The position numbers and the translations under genes are program-made. The notes below the pieces were generated by a model. That model worked only from the letters and a program-made list of their open reading frames with translations, made no database searches and was not told where the DNA came from. 64,000 nt of DNA from Camelus ferus (Eukaryota): assembly GCF_009834535.1 (NCBI RefSeq), contig NC_045696.1:66590001-66654000 (forward strand), written 5' to 3'. Within the stretch, counting starts at the first letter, position 1; the number at the start of each line of letters is the position of its first letter. Below, piece by piece: positions 1 to 13,107 of the stretch.

Positions 1-799
1 ATCTATGGATGTAAGGATAGAGGGACATTTTCATGTAGACGAAACCAATAAATCACTGAACCCATACCACTGAGAGTTTTGACCATTTCTCAGTTCTGGA
101 AACCAAGCTTAACCTCTCCAGGCATTCTGAATATGAAACTCTTACACTGTAGTTCTGGATTGGAAAGAAATACCTTGTATTTTGGCATGAAAAATAGATG
201 TCTCTTCTAGGGGAGGATGTGGTTAAAAATAACATCAGTATCATTAATCTTCATTGCCTAAGAGAAGTCTGTGTTCACAGACACTGGGAGGGCCAGTTCC
301 CCTTGGGGTTTTTTCTCCTCTGTTTGTCTAAGTAGCCTTTCCTTAAATGCCAGGTCAAAGAAGTGACTGTATTGAATCGTCCTAGTTATTGAATGAATGG
401 TAATTCTCTTGACTTTTTCAAGGGTTGCCTTGGTCAAAGTGTGTTCTAAGTTTCCCATGTGTGTTTTGGGTAGAGATGAGTGGTATAGAATCCAGTAGTT
501 TCTTCCTACATTAGTCACAGTGGCATTAAGGTCTCTGCATCTATTTCCATAATAGTCTGGTCCACCACTGCATAAGGAGTATGCAGAGATGTCTCTATTG
601 GAGGAAAAGATAGAAATATTTACTCTGTCCTAATGTAGTGAACAATTTAAAGAGAGGAGTGTAACAATTCAAGCTGTAACATGTGGAAATATATCCACAA
701 CCACATATAGTTAATTCTTTCCTTATGTTTATAGTATAAAAATAAACTAGCAGCATAAAGTAGTAGTGTTAGAAAGACTTGAAATATTTAATTTATTTA

Positions 800-945
800 A
801 GCCTTGGTTTTCTCTTCTTAAAATGAGATTACTACCACTCACCTTATAGTGATGTTAAGAAGACTAAATATGATAATATATTTAAAGTCTTTAGCACAGT
901 GGTGCAGTACATGGTAACTATTATTATTATTACTATTATCATTAT
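800..945 (+). mobile_element. MIR
   Basis: agccttggttttctcttcttaaaatgagatt...taaagtctttagcacagtggtg...tattattatt. Confidence 0.7.
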
Positions 946-2309
946 TACTCTGCAGAAATTTGCATCTTGTATGCAAGTGAGATTGAATGGGTAAGAAAAT
1001 GTGAAAAATTAGCTCAGCAAAACAGACCACAGTGGCTAAGAAAATAACTTAAAATATATGTCCTCTTATTAGAAATTATCTTTGCTGAGTAGAATAACAC
1101 CTCCTTATAAAATTTCATATAATTCTTGAGCAGCTGCATATAAAAGCTTCCATAAGAGGATATGTTCATAAAAGATTCTAGACTTGACCACTGTGTCTTC
1201 AGTCATCTGACAGTTCATGAGAAAGATTAGCTAAACACGTTCATTTTCAGTGACCTGTTCAAATCTGCTGCACATACAGTATACATGGGATGTATAATCT
1301 ATGGCATGAGCGAGTCTTCTCAGCCATTACAGCACTTTCTGCCTACTTGGGATCAATTTTTACCATTCCAATGTCCCAAATAATTCGGCTTTAATCACAA
1401 AGACAAGATCACTCAAGTTGAAGAGAGAAACCTTTCAGGAAATAGACCTTAGGGAGTTACAGTGTTCATCTGTTTATCTGTGGATCCACAAACAAAGACC
1501 TGCCTCCTGTTCCAAGACCAACAGGGGCTGCAGCATTAAGGGCACTCCACCTCTCATACCGCGGGCACCATGCGCTGCGGCCCAGGGGTGTGGCTCCGCT
1601 GCAGACACATGACTGTGTACAGCTGACAGTGAATGTGCTAAGGAGAAATCCAGAGGAGGATTCCTTTGTAAATCCATTTCCCAATGCCCACAGCTGTCTT
1701 TGGGACTTGTTTGGGTCATGGTCAGGAATCAGAGATATTTACCACGCTATTGCTGTTGCTGTAGAATCAACAGACCTTTTGCATCCCATGTGTGTGCTGT
1801 TTAGCCTCTGGAAATAACATCTCCTTTTTGAAATATTTTTGAGGATGATTCCCAAACTTTTGTAAGTGGAGAAGCAACAGAGAAATAGTTTTGTTTTTTT
1901 TTTCCCCTTTCTTTCCTGAGGGAGCAGCTGAGGTGGCTTAAGTTTATACTAGTTAGTAGAATTTCACTGCACTGCTTAAGTGATGGCTGCCTGATTTATG
2001 GAGGAAAAATAAATGACATTGCCATATGATATACTGCTTCCTCGAACAAAATTCTTGAGGGTATGGGAGACTACCTCTGACTGACGGGACAGCTGGAAAG
2101 GAACTAAAGAACAAATGCAAGGGAACGCAGAGAGAGAGGATGAGGCAAGGTCCATGATAGAGAAATGCTGCCTCCTCTCCGGCTTCAGATCAGTAGTCCC
2201 TGATAAAAATATTCTTAAAGGAACATTTTCTACTGAAAAGACTCATTGATTCAGTGTATACTCATTTGAAGGGCTACCTTAGACTTATTTGCAGTGGCTG
2301 TGACCAGTG

Positions 2310-2553
2310 GATTGAAGAACGGTTGGTAGAAATTTTAAAGCAGATTCTTGCAAGCAAATGAAAGGACACTGGAATGGTCAGAGCTGTACGGAGCTGGAAT
2401 GGGCTGCTTTGGAAGATTGTGAAATTCTTGTCACTGGGGTTATTCCAGACCATGACCATTGACAGAACTTTGCAAAGGATTTACACACCAGAAGAGAAGG
2501 TGGAGGTTTGGCCAAGTGACTCTTAAGGTCTTTTTGATCTCAGAAATTCAATG
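2310..2553 (+). mobile_element. CR1/L3 3' end
   Basis: agagctgtacggagctggaatgggctgc...ttgtcactggggttattc...tgactcttaaggtctttttgatctcagaaattc. Confidence 0.65.
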
Positions 2554-3629
2554 GAAAAAGCAGTGGGTATATAGCAAATTTATGTTAGGTTTGTGACTTA
2601 CAAACTTGTCATTCTTTCTACAAGTCACGTTCCAGATTAAAAAATAAGAAGAACTGGATAAAAATTAAGCATTACTATTATTCCCACTAAACACACCAGG
2701 CAAGTAAATTAAGACAGATTAGGATTTATCACATACTAAACCCAGCAGAACAGGAAATCCCACCAGTGGTCTCTGTTGTGGATTTCTTCTTCCTCAGGGT
2801 AAATGAGCTATAGATAGAATAACTGATGATGGAGGCAGAGAATTGAGAGACAGAACAGCAAACTAAAGAGCAAGTGCATTTAATAGACACCTACTATTAT
2901 GCCTGAACTCCAAAGGAAAATATTCATTCAAGAAACAGAATGCAAATACCCCTCCAGCCCCAGCATACACATACACACAAACTTCTCTGTCCAGATTCTT
3001 CTAAGTGCTTACTTCCAGTGGACAATTTCTCTCCAGCCCTGTCATTGGGGCAGAGTATAAGGCCAGGCAAGAACATAGCAATTGTGATCTTGTCCAAAGC
3101 AGTTTTCCAAATATACTGGCTCAATCCTAGCTCTTTCTGGTAGTATTTAAAAGACTGAAGTAGTCAGGGCCCCAATCTGCCCTCTGTAGGATGATCCCAG
3201 GGTGAGTGCAAAGATGTGCAGGATGACAATTTGGGGAAAATCAGAAATGCTGGACCCATTATCAAGTAGATCTTATATCTTGAGGAGCAGTTCTAGGTTG
3301 GTTGAAAGGGCATGAGTAAGACAGACATGGGAAGTTCATGTCAGACCACTGGATAAGTGCTATTTCTACTGTGGAACACAATCGCTTATTGGCATGAAAG
3401 GAAGACCTTGGGATAGGAATGAAGTTCTTCAGTGAGTGAAGGGGAGGTAGGACAAGCCGAAGGGTCTCTGGGTTAAGCCTTGTCAAATACTGAAACACTC
3501 TCAAAGTCTTCTCACAATTAAGTTTCTGAAAGAGATTAAGTTGATTATACTATTTATGCCCTTCATTCTGGGAATTTATATAATCTAAATCTGTAAATGC
3601 AGCAAGCTAGAAGTCATCTTAAAGATCAT

Positions 3630-3775
3630 CTGACCCCACTCCTTCATTTTACAGATAAAGTGATGGATTCAGAGACATTAATTGGCTTGCTTAATGTTAC
3701 TCAGCAAGCTGCCAGCAAAGCCAGAACTAGAATCCATGTTCCCTGTGTCCTGGTCTCACACTTTTCTTCATTACC
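3630..3775 (-). mobile_element. MIR
   Basis: cattttacagataaagtgatggattcagagacattaattggcttgcttaatgttactcagc. Confidence 0.7.
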
Positions 3776-5934
3776 TGAGGAGCTTTGTCACAAGTCTAGT
3801 AAAGAATTTTCTGTGTCTCTGAAGACGCTGGCTTGAGAGCATGCTGGTGTCTATTGGGAAGAGGGATTAGACCAGAGTGACAGATGAAGAAGGCACCCAG
3901 CTAAGACCAAGGCACTAGAGAAGCCACAGGACCCCCCAGAGAAAGCAGAGGAGGCACTGAGACCCTCATTTTGACTCAAGCCACAGAGGATGTTGTGGGC
4001 TCAGTGTTGGTGTCTGTGTTCATTCAAGTACATTCACAATGTAAATCTCTCCTCCAGCCTAACTTCCCACTCTCCACATTACCAACCTCAGTTCCAGCTG
4101 GAACTTCCTTCTCAGTACATAGCCTGCTTTTTTCAAATTATAGTTACTTCACCTAGAATACCCTTTTGTATCCATCTTCAGCTGTCAAACCCTATTCGTC
4201 TATCAAGTGTGCCCTCCTTCATAGAGTCTTTCTTCTCTTTCCCAATCATGTGCTTTCTTACATAGCCATACCTCCTGGTCCTCTGTCCTCTCAGAAAGAA
4301 TACAAATTATTTGGTACAACTGGAGAATGTAATTTCAATGACAAGAAAATTCTAGAAATTCTCCAATTTCATGTAGACCAGAAGTATTCATCCATACATC
4401 CGTTCATTCTTTTAGTTTAACAAATCTTAGCTGAGTACCCACTGCTCATATCCAAGTCACGTCTTTTCCTCAAAGACCAGCACATACACTGTTCTTCATG
4501 TGTCTCTCTCTAATTCCTTGCCTGTAAGTAGTAAGTGCTCATGATAAATCAGCTATTTATTGTCTATATTTTGCCACCAAAATATTTTTCTCCCTAGTAG
4601 ACAATAAATTCCCAAAGAAGTATTTTTCTTGAGGACAAATACAAAGAAAAGATAAATCATCTTTCTATTTTTAAAAAATGGGATCAAATCAGATTTATTG
4701 ATATCCAACCCACACCAAATTCTTGGCCTCAGTGCAGTATTTCATATGCAAAAATGATGAAGTGATGATTTAATTGACTCTTAATTTTTTTTTTTCTTCT
4801 CATAGAGGACTTTGAAGCCATCAGCATTTGGCAGCTAAGGTCATTCCATTTACCCTCTGGTTCTGGAAAAGTTATTTGAAATCCCAGCAGCATATAAAGC
4901 CAGGGTTGTTAAAATCATCATTTCCCTAAAGGATGTCAGAAGTCCTAAGGGAAAATATTTACAAGGAAAATCTGTTTTCTTTTTGGAATTTACAGGTTTT
5001 ATTTGTCTATTTTTCCTCTTCTTACATGTCTCACCCTTGCCCCATCCCACGTGGCAAGAAGACAAATCTGCTTGTCTTTACAAAGATGAATCCACCATCA
5101 GATAGCTACCTGAAGTCTAAGTCTGTTTAAGTACATGTCTTTCAGTTAATCAGTTTGCTAACAGATCCTCATCATTATCATCACTTTATTTTTATTTTTG
5201 TTTCTTAAGAATGACTTACTAGTTCCAGTTTAACCAAACTCCTTTTGGGAAATAGCTATCAGGAGAGTGATATAATTTTTAACCAGCTACTATAATTTGA
5301 AAAACTTGGTAATATAATAGATGCCACCTGTTTTGAGTTAAGTGTTCTTTCTGTGTTCCCACATCACTCTTGTACTTAACTCACTATCTGATTACTGTCT
5401 GTTTATTTGCTTGATGTAGCCCTCACAATGCTAGCATCTCTTACTAAATCGATATTGATGTATATTGAAACACCCATGCCCTGTGTCCCTATCACACATG
5501 ATTGGTGACTAACCCCACAGTGACACTTTAAGCAAGAGCCCTCACGTGGTTGATGAGTGGACAACCACATGAACAGCCTTTCATCCAGTTATTGAAAAGC
5601 CAAGATGTGCCAACGAGGGTTAATCACCAGGAGTGTAACAGCCAGGCAGAGCCACATAGAGACACAGCTTTTTGTGAGTTGAGTATACCTTCAAATTAAA
5701 AGAGAGAATATTGTCCTATTTTGGTTTTCTGCAAATAAGTTAATTTTTTTAAACTTGCAAAATCTCTTAATCTTCTTCCGTATACTGGTAAACAATAACA
5801 TCTTCAGAACTGCCCATAGAGAACCAGTGGAGAACTCAGGTATGTCCCTGGATGGCTGGACTACTGTGAGGGAGGCACTATAAGAGGGAGTTCAGGGGTC
5901 TGTCCCGGCATATGGGACTTTGTTCTTCGTGGCA

Positions 5935-6285
5935 GACACAGCAGAGAAAATGATGTCTAAGCAAACCACTGAAGATGAGTAAGAAATAATTAGGCAGAGA
6001 TTCAGAAGGAGAATTTTCTGAAAAAAGGAACGTAGGAACTCAGAAGGTAGAGAGTAAATGGATCAAATTCAACAGGACTGTAGTCCAGAAAGCAATAGAG
6101 AATAGTGAGGAGTCTGGGCAGGTAAACCAGAACTGATCAGGCAGGAGCTTGGGAGTCACTTAAGGAATATGGATTTGCCCTCAGACGGGGAGAGCCTTTG
6201 AATGTTTAAATCAGACAGGGGTAAGATCAGATTCGCATTTTAGAAAGAGCATTCTGACTTCAGTGTGGGAAACAGATTAAGGGAA
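5935..6285 (-). mobile_element. L2 fragment
   Basis: gatcagattcgcattttagaaagagcattctgacttcagtgtgg is typical antisense L2. Confidence 0.65.
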
Positions 6286-7605
6286 CAGGAGTTCACAAGC
6301 AAGTTCCCCATAGCTATTTGCCCTTGTGCATTTAGTTAATTATGATGCCCTTCACGCACGCACGAACGCTCACGCACATGCAAGTGCACACACTCACTCA
6401 CACACAGCATCTCAGAATTCCACTTGTCTGACTTAAACTAGAGAAAGCAAATTCACTGATGGCATTAAAAGACTTTCTTCCAAGATTAAGTGCTTCCTTG
6501 TCTAGTATATTTCTTTAGGCAGGAAATCATGATAAACCTGGACTTTTGCTTACTTTCTCATTCTACTTCCATTTCTGTTACTTCATGACAGGATAAATAA
6601 TAGATTAGAAAACAGGAAAAAAAATAGTGGTTGATTAATTAAGTCCTGAAGTTCCCTGCCTCTACTTGAACACAGATCCCATTAACATTGGGTGAGTAAC
6701 ATTTTTCTTATGGATTTATATCCCATCCATGGATTCAAACTACACATCGTTTTATCCAGTCTGCTTTTTTCTTTCAAATATGTCACGAGCATCTTTGCAG
6801 GGCTCATTAGTCTCAGTGGGTGGATAATATTCTACCAAAGGATTATGCTGTGCTAGAGTCCAACCCTGTTGTTAAAAACTTCACTTTTAATTTGACCAGA
6901 TCAGAGTTTGCATGGAGTCTTAGAAATTCTGCTTTACAAAATTAGGATGACATTTCCCGGGCCAACTTCTCTGTCTGATTCTCTGGTATGATGGATTTTC
7001 AGTTTTGTTTTTTTTTCCAGGAACTTTACCAGCTAATTAAAGTAATCCCAGGAATGTATCTTTCCTTTGTGAGCTTTCTGCATTATTATAAGCACTTCTT
7101 TACTTACAATAAAGTGAAATGATATGCTTAGAGGAAGAGAGTCTTGATCAAACTCCTTTTCAGAATAAACCACAATGGGAGGTTTAAGTACCATAAATAA
7201 AAACAGATGTACATTCCAGAATGCCTAGAAGAGAAGATTCATTTGCCTTGATTTTTTTTTTTTTTGCCTTATCCTGGGAAATTATAAAGGAAGCCAGGTA
7301 TTTTAATTTTCATTTGGAACTCTATGTTTTCCATAATCTTGTTTCCCATGCTGCGTTAATGTCAAAATGGGCCTACCAAGGCAATTTCATGATACTTTGG
7401 TGGAGAGAACACTGAATTAAACATTACAGTGCTTTAATATAGTTACTTGAATGGTTTCTCACCAGCTTACCACTTGGGAAAATATAGCAGAGAGGCGAAA
7501 GACATCATTGGGTTTAAAGTCAATTACTTATGATTTTTAGTTTTCTCAACTGTAAGTGAAGCTATTGATTCCTACCTCACTAATAATTTCATTGTTAAAA
7601 TGTGG

Positions 7606-8018
7606 TCTATTGGTTTGCCAGGGCTGCTGTAACAGAACACCCCAGACTGGGTGGCTTAAACAGCAGACACTTATTTTTTCCCAGTTCTGGAGGCTAGAAG
7701 TTCCAGATCAAGGTGTCTGAGGGTTTGCTTCCTTCTGAAGCCTCTCTCCTTGACTTGCTGGCCGTCGCCTTCTCCCTGTGTCTTCAAGTGGTCTTTTCCT
7801 CCATGCCCCAGTGCTCCTGATTCTCTCTGTGTCCTAATCTTTTTTGTCTTATAGACACCAGTCAAATTGGATTAGGGACTATCCTAAAGGCCTCATTTCA
7901 ATATAATTACCTCTTTAAAGGCCCTGTCTCCAAATACAGTCACATTCTTAGGTCCTGGGGTTAGGGTTCACCTGAATTCACACATCAGCCTTAGAGGATA
8001 CGATTCAGCCCATGAACA
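7606..8018 (-). mobile_element. MaLR solo LTR (MLT1A/B/C-like)
   Basis: gggctgctgtaacagaacaccccagactgggtggcttaaac...tctccaaatacagtcacattct...attcagcccatgaaca. Confidence 0.9.
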
Positions 8019-10434
8019 CGGGGTAATATGTGTAGGACACTTATTTCCTGTCTCTGGCATGTGATATATGGAATAATAGTGGCCATTATTATTACTGAGC
8101 TTCTAGGAGCTTCATTTTTCTCATCGTGAAATCAGGATATTAATATCTGCCCAGTCTACATCTGATAACAACTTGTAATTATTTATGTTAAATTTCCTCA
8201 TAGAGTAAGTGGCAGGAGACTGTTGTTTATCTTAGGTATACACACAGGTACTTTACTCTCTTCACATTGCATCCAGGCACTTGCTCTGAGCTTCCTTTCC
8301 ATTAGAGCTGGGAGCAGGAGGAGTAGGATTTAGGCTCCCATCCGTCTCCCTTTGACTCTTAGAGTTCTCAGCATCCTCAGTGTCTGAACAGGAAAGCGCA
8401 AGGTGGATCGTTGTAACTCCTGTAGCCTTTCGCACAGAAACATCCTTTGCTCACATGGGGTGTGAGGCAACAGTTGATGAAAATGTAACAGAATCTCTGT
8501 CTCTATCTCACTGACTCCAAGTGGAGGCAAGTGAGAATTCCTTTAGTGCCTCATGAGAGTGTTTTCAAAGGAAAAGAATGAACCGTGCTTGTATTATTTT
8601 GTAGTCATACCCCATGTTCTTCTGGGTAGAAAGAGTAGAGGTGGCAACTCCCAGATGGAAGGCTACATTCATTTAATAACTTGGCTGGGATCTCTTTCTG
8701 GTTGAAAATCAGACTTTCAATGGAGTCTTTAGAATATATAAGGCTTTAGATTAACAGAAAGTGGGTCTTCCAGCAATGGGATATGTAGCAATTTCACACT
8801 TTATTGGCATGCCCGATGTTTTCAGAGTGTGATTTTGTGGCCTGGTTCCACTAATGCTCAGGATACAAGGGCAGGTGGAGAGCTGACTGGAGGGAGTTGA
8901 GTGTGCTGACCCCTGGAGCTCAGTGGGACTGATCTCAGCTGCCTGTCTCACTATAGACTGTCCTCTGTTTCTAGTAGAACCAATAGCCTAGACTTACTCC
9001 TTCCCACTGAGATGGAGATGTTTCCAGAAGAGAGTTTCAAAAGATTCAAATCACTCCATTTGCCCTGAACGTTTCCAGTGCTCCCCCAAATATGACACAA
9101 CATGTGCTTAGCTTCAAGCCCATACCGCTTTGGCCCCAGCCTATTTTTGAAGTATTCTCATCTACTCTAAACCCTGCTTCCAACACTTGTACTCCCAGCA
9201 AACTAATCCTTGCACACAAATAACACTTTTTATTGGTGTCCTTACCAGTGGTGACATGCCCTTCCTGGCACCTCTGTCTGTTGATATTCCATCCATCTTT
9301 CAGGGTCTGCTAAAATACCATATTCATAGTAAGATCTCCATGAAGATTTTCTAGATCCAAATCTGCCTATTTCGTAGTGTGTTTTCCTACTTTCAGTCCT
9401 CAGGCTATTTGTTTTTACTTCTGTATGGTCCAATACTCAACTCTGGCTTAAAGGTATTTGTCTGATTTCCCACTCGATCCCCCAGATTATCTCTAAAAAG
9501 CAGAAATTATCTCACTTTTCTCCCTACTGCCCCCATCCAGCATAGGACCTTCATTAAATGTTGGCCAGTTTGAACTGAAAGACAAAATAGAATAGCCTGA
9601 ACTCCAATATCCCTAGAAATATAAAGATTATGTTGTCCTGTGCAGACTAAGTGGGGACATTGATCTCCATATGTGGAAGATCATAATGGCAATCTTTTCT
9701 TGGTATAAACCAAACACACAGCTGCTAAACTCTGTCCCAACATAACATTTTAAGGGGAAGGAAGCCAGTGTAAACCACAGTATGCGCAAAGTCAAAATCA
9801 GAACTCCGAGTTTTTTTAACTGCTGAATATAATTTTATAGTCTATTTGATATGATTTTTTTAGGCAGTGGTTCAATTCAAACCAGTCTCTTCATTTGAAC
9901 CTAAGCCTATAGTTCTCGTCTATACTCCTTAGCAGACACTTTGCAACTTTAATTTGGCTTATTTTGGGTGGCATGGAGCAAAGTGTTCTTTTATCTCTTT
10001 TGGAGGGATATATTTTGGGTATAACTTTTTAAATGCACTTTTCCAAAATGGTACACGCTCCATTTTCTTGCTGAATAAAGAGGATTGGCCACTTTGTCTT
10101 AGATGCAATGAAGTTTTTCTAGAAACACCATTAACTTTGGAATTCGAAGATAAAGTTGTGGGAGCTAGCACTTTTAGGATTCATGTGACCTGAGAACAAT
10201 TTTTTGCTCTGTATTTTAGTTATCGTATTCATGTAAGTATAGTAGAGAAGAAAGTTTTACACCAAATGATGTCTAAGGACCAGTCTTCGCTTTTCAGCCT
10301 TCCATTTTGGGATTCTGGAATCATCTAGATGATGATTCTACAATTAAAGCCAGTCTTTCATCAAAGTTAATGAAGTTTACTTTCATTCATATTCCTCAAT
10401 ATGATGTCATTTTACCCAGAATGTACATTCCTAA

Positions 10435-10642
10435 GAGTAATCCCTGTGATCTTTGGCTGATTATGATGTGTTGAGGTAGGTCTCTCAGCTGTAACACATG
10501 TACCACTCTGGTTGGGGATGTTGGTAATGGGGGAGGCAATGCCTATTTGGTGGCACAGGGAATGTTGGAAATCCTGGGTTTTTTTCTTCCTCTCAATCTT
10601 GCTGTGACCCTAAAATTGCTCCAAAAAACAGTCATAAGAAAA
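10435..10642 (+). mobile_element. Old L1 (L1MC-like) 3' end
   Basis: tgtaacacatgtaccactctggttggggatgttggtaatgggggaggc...gctgtgaccctaaaattgctc resembles the recalled L1MC 3' consensus. Confidence 0.8.
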
Positions 10643-13013
10643 GATTTTTCATAGCTACCTCAAATAGTGTAGTTTTTATTTTTCAAATTCTTTTTTTTTA
10701 AATTAAGCAGAGATTTTCACTGACTACATTCACATACATGCACACATAGATACATCTGGGTCTCTTTATCCAAGAATAAAAATCAGAACACCTCAGTGTG
10801 GTGTTCAAAGATCCCCAAATTCCAGCCTGTTCAACCTTGTTTTCCATTACTCTGCAATCCAGAGCTTCCACATAAGCCAGTTCAGCCAAATGACTATTCT
10901 CTGAAAACATCTGAGTCACCCCTGTTTCTTTCTGCTCACCTCATTCTGTGGGACAGCCAGATGTTTTCTACTCTTCAAGACCCCATCTCAGTCCCGCTTT
11001 CTCAGTGAGGTTGTCCCTGTACCTTCCAGGTTACTGTGGTTTCAATATCTCTGAATTTTGACAGCACTATGTTGCCTGTAGCCCACTTGCTCTGTCCTCT
11101 AATCCTGTACATCCATAGCTCTTGATATGAACAGTGTGGATATGTCTCCTTGCCCGGTTGGGTTGTATTTAATAAAAGGTCAAGGACTATATTGCAAATA
11201 TTTGATATCTTCAGAGGCCATCTATCATAGTTTTTTCCTATGCCAGAGGTGATCAGCAAATACTTGTTACTTGGACCAGATATGCATGAACTCACTTCTG
11301 CTTTGAAATTACAGGGATTAAAATCCCAAATATGTGTTTGTGAATGTTTTAATAAAAAAATGGATATTCTAACCATAGTCTTGCCACTAATTTTCTATGC
11401 AAATATTCTATCCACCTGTAAAATAAAGCCGTGGTCCTATGTGAGGCAAAGGGCCTTTCTAGCCCTGGCTATCTGGGATAGAAGTTAGTGCTCATAAGAC
11501 CACTTCAGGTGCCAAAAAAGTAACAGAAAAATGGATACTATCTGATATGTTCAGTAAGTAAGCAGATTTTCTCCAAGCTTTAACCGCCTCGGGAATTCAG
11601 ATAAACTGGAACTTCTTTCCAATACAGTCTATCGACTGAGGTCCAGAGAAAATGTTCAGTTTTATGTTTAACCTGTGTATATGGGATGGATATTTAATCT
11701 ACAACGCAGCCCAAAGGTGATTGCTGTGGCTAAATGTTTCAAAAAGTGCAGGTGTGACACCAGAGGAGCTTATGGAACACTGAAATAACTCTGTCATCAA
11801 AACCACCTCTTTAGTAAGACCCTGTGGCCTATCGGGTTAGGGGTACTCTTTAGTCAGCTTGATGGGTTAAATAAATACCTGAAGGGACCTTCATCTCTTC
11901 TTGAAGTCCCCTCCGAGAGGGGTCTTTGGAGCGAAACTCTTTAGTCTGTAGCCATGGTGCTTTCTTTCACATGAGCTGAAGTGAAAGTTTTGAAATATTT
12001 TTTGAAGGAAATCTCCCCATCCTGGTAACAGCAAGAGAGAGTTTGTATTTCATAGAGGTGTGTGGCATATTTATAGCAAAAACGTACAAGTGTGAAAGCT
12101 TTTGATTTGCTTGTTTGTTTTCCTTGTAATTCTCAGACTGGAGTGCTTTGGTGGAATGTTTGATTTGATCATAAACACAAAATGGAAGGGAGACCAAAAT
12201 GGATGGAGACGTTAGAAACTGTAGTGACAGCAGTTCTCTATATGCTCAGTAAACCCAAGAGCCCCTCCCCAAACCATCAGTTTTGGCAAGCTGTGGCCAG
12301 TGTTATCCCAGCACTGGTACAATGTTGAACAAGCCACAGCCCAATGTGTGACTTCTTTTCCCTGATAAATTTTCCTCCATCTGCAATCCACTCAGGAAAC
12401 AGGGGTGCTTATGGGAGAAACAGGAAGTAAACCCAAACTTTGATGCTCACACTCCTCCTCACCTATGACAAGCAATTTGTACCCATCACTTTGTTATTTC
12501 ATGAAACGATGTTGCAGATACACAAAAAAGTCTTGAAAAAAATTTTTGTATTCTCAAGAACAGAAAAATCAGTGCCAGTCTCTATTAAGCTACTTCACTG
12601 ATGATTTTTAAAGGCTGTCTTAGAAGCAGAAAGCCTGAATCCACAGTTTATTTGCCATTTGGAAATCATATTTGACAAATACATTCAAGTGATGCCACCT
12701 TTGTGCAGTCTGGGATAAACAATGTGATCTGGCTGCTGATGGCTGCAGAGACCTAACTCTGGTAGTGAGCAATTAGGCTCTTGGCTCCAGGGAAGTGATG
12801 GCCAGCTAGAACTTTTTAAATGGGTCACTAGGGAAAAACAACATCCATCTCCATTTATCATAATAAAAACCAGACAGAAGCTAAGCATGCGTGAACGGTT
12901 AGAACAACAAACTTTGTTTTCACACGGTCAAGTTCGTTAAGGCCAGCTCAGTCTGTGCCAGCCCTAGCTTCCACATGGGATAGCTCATTGTTTGTATTAT
13001 AATGTGCTCATGT

Positions 13014-13107
13014 TTGTTTGTTTTTATTTAATGGAGGTACTGGGGATTGAACCCAGGACCTCGTGCATGCTAAGCATGCGATCTGTCACTGAGCCATTCC
13101 CACCCCC
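13014..13107 (-). mobile_element. tRNA-Ala-derived camelid SINE (Vic-1-like), short form
   Basis: Reverse complement reads ...gctcagtgacagatcgcatgcttagcatgcacgaggtcctgggttcaatccccagtacctccattaaataaaaa. 17-bp TSD with 2 mismatches (12997-13013 and 13108-13124). Confidence 0.88.
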
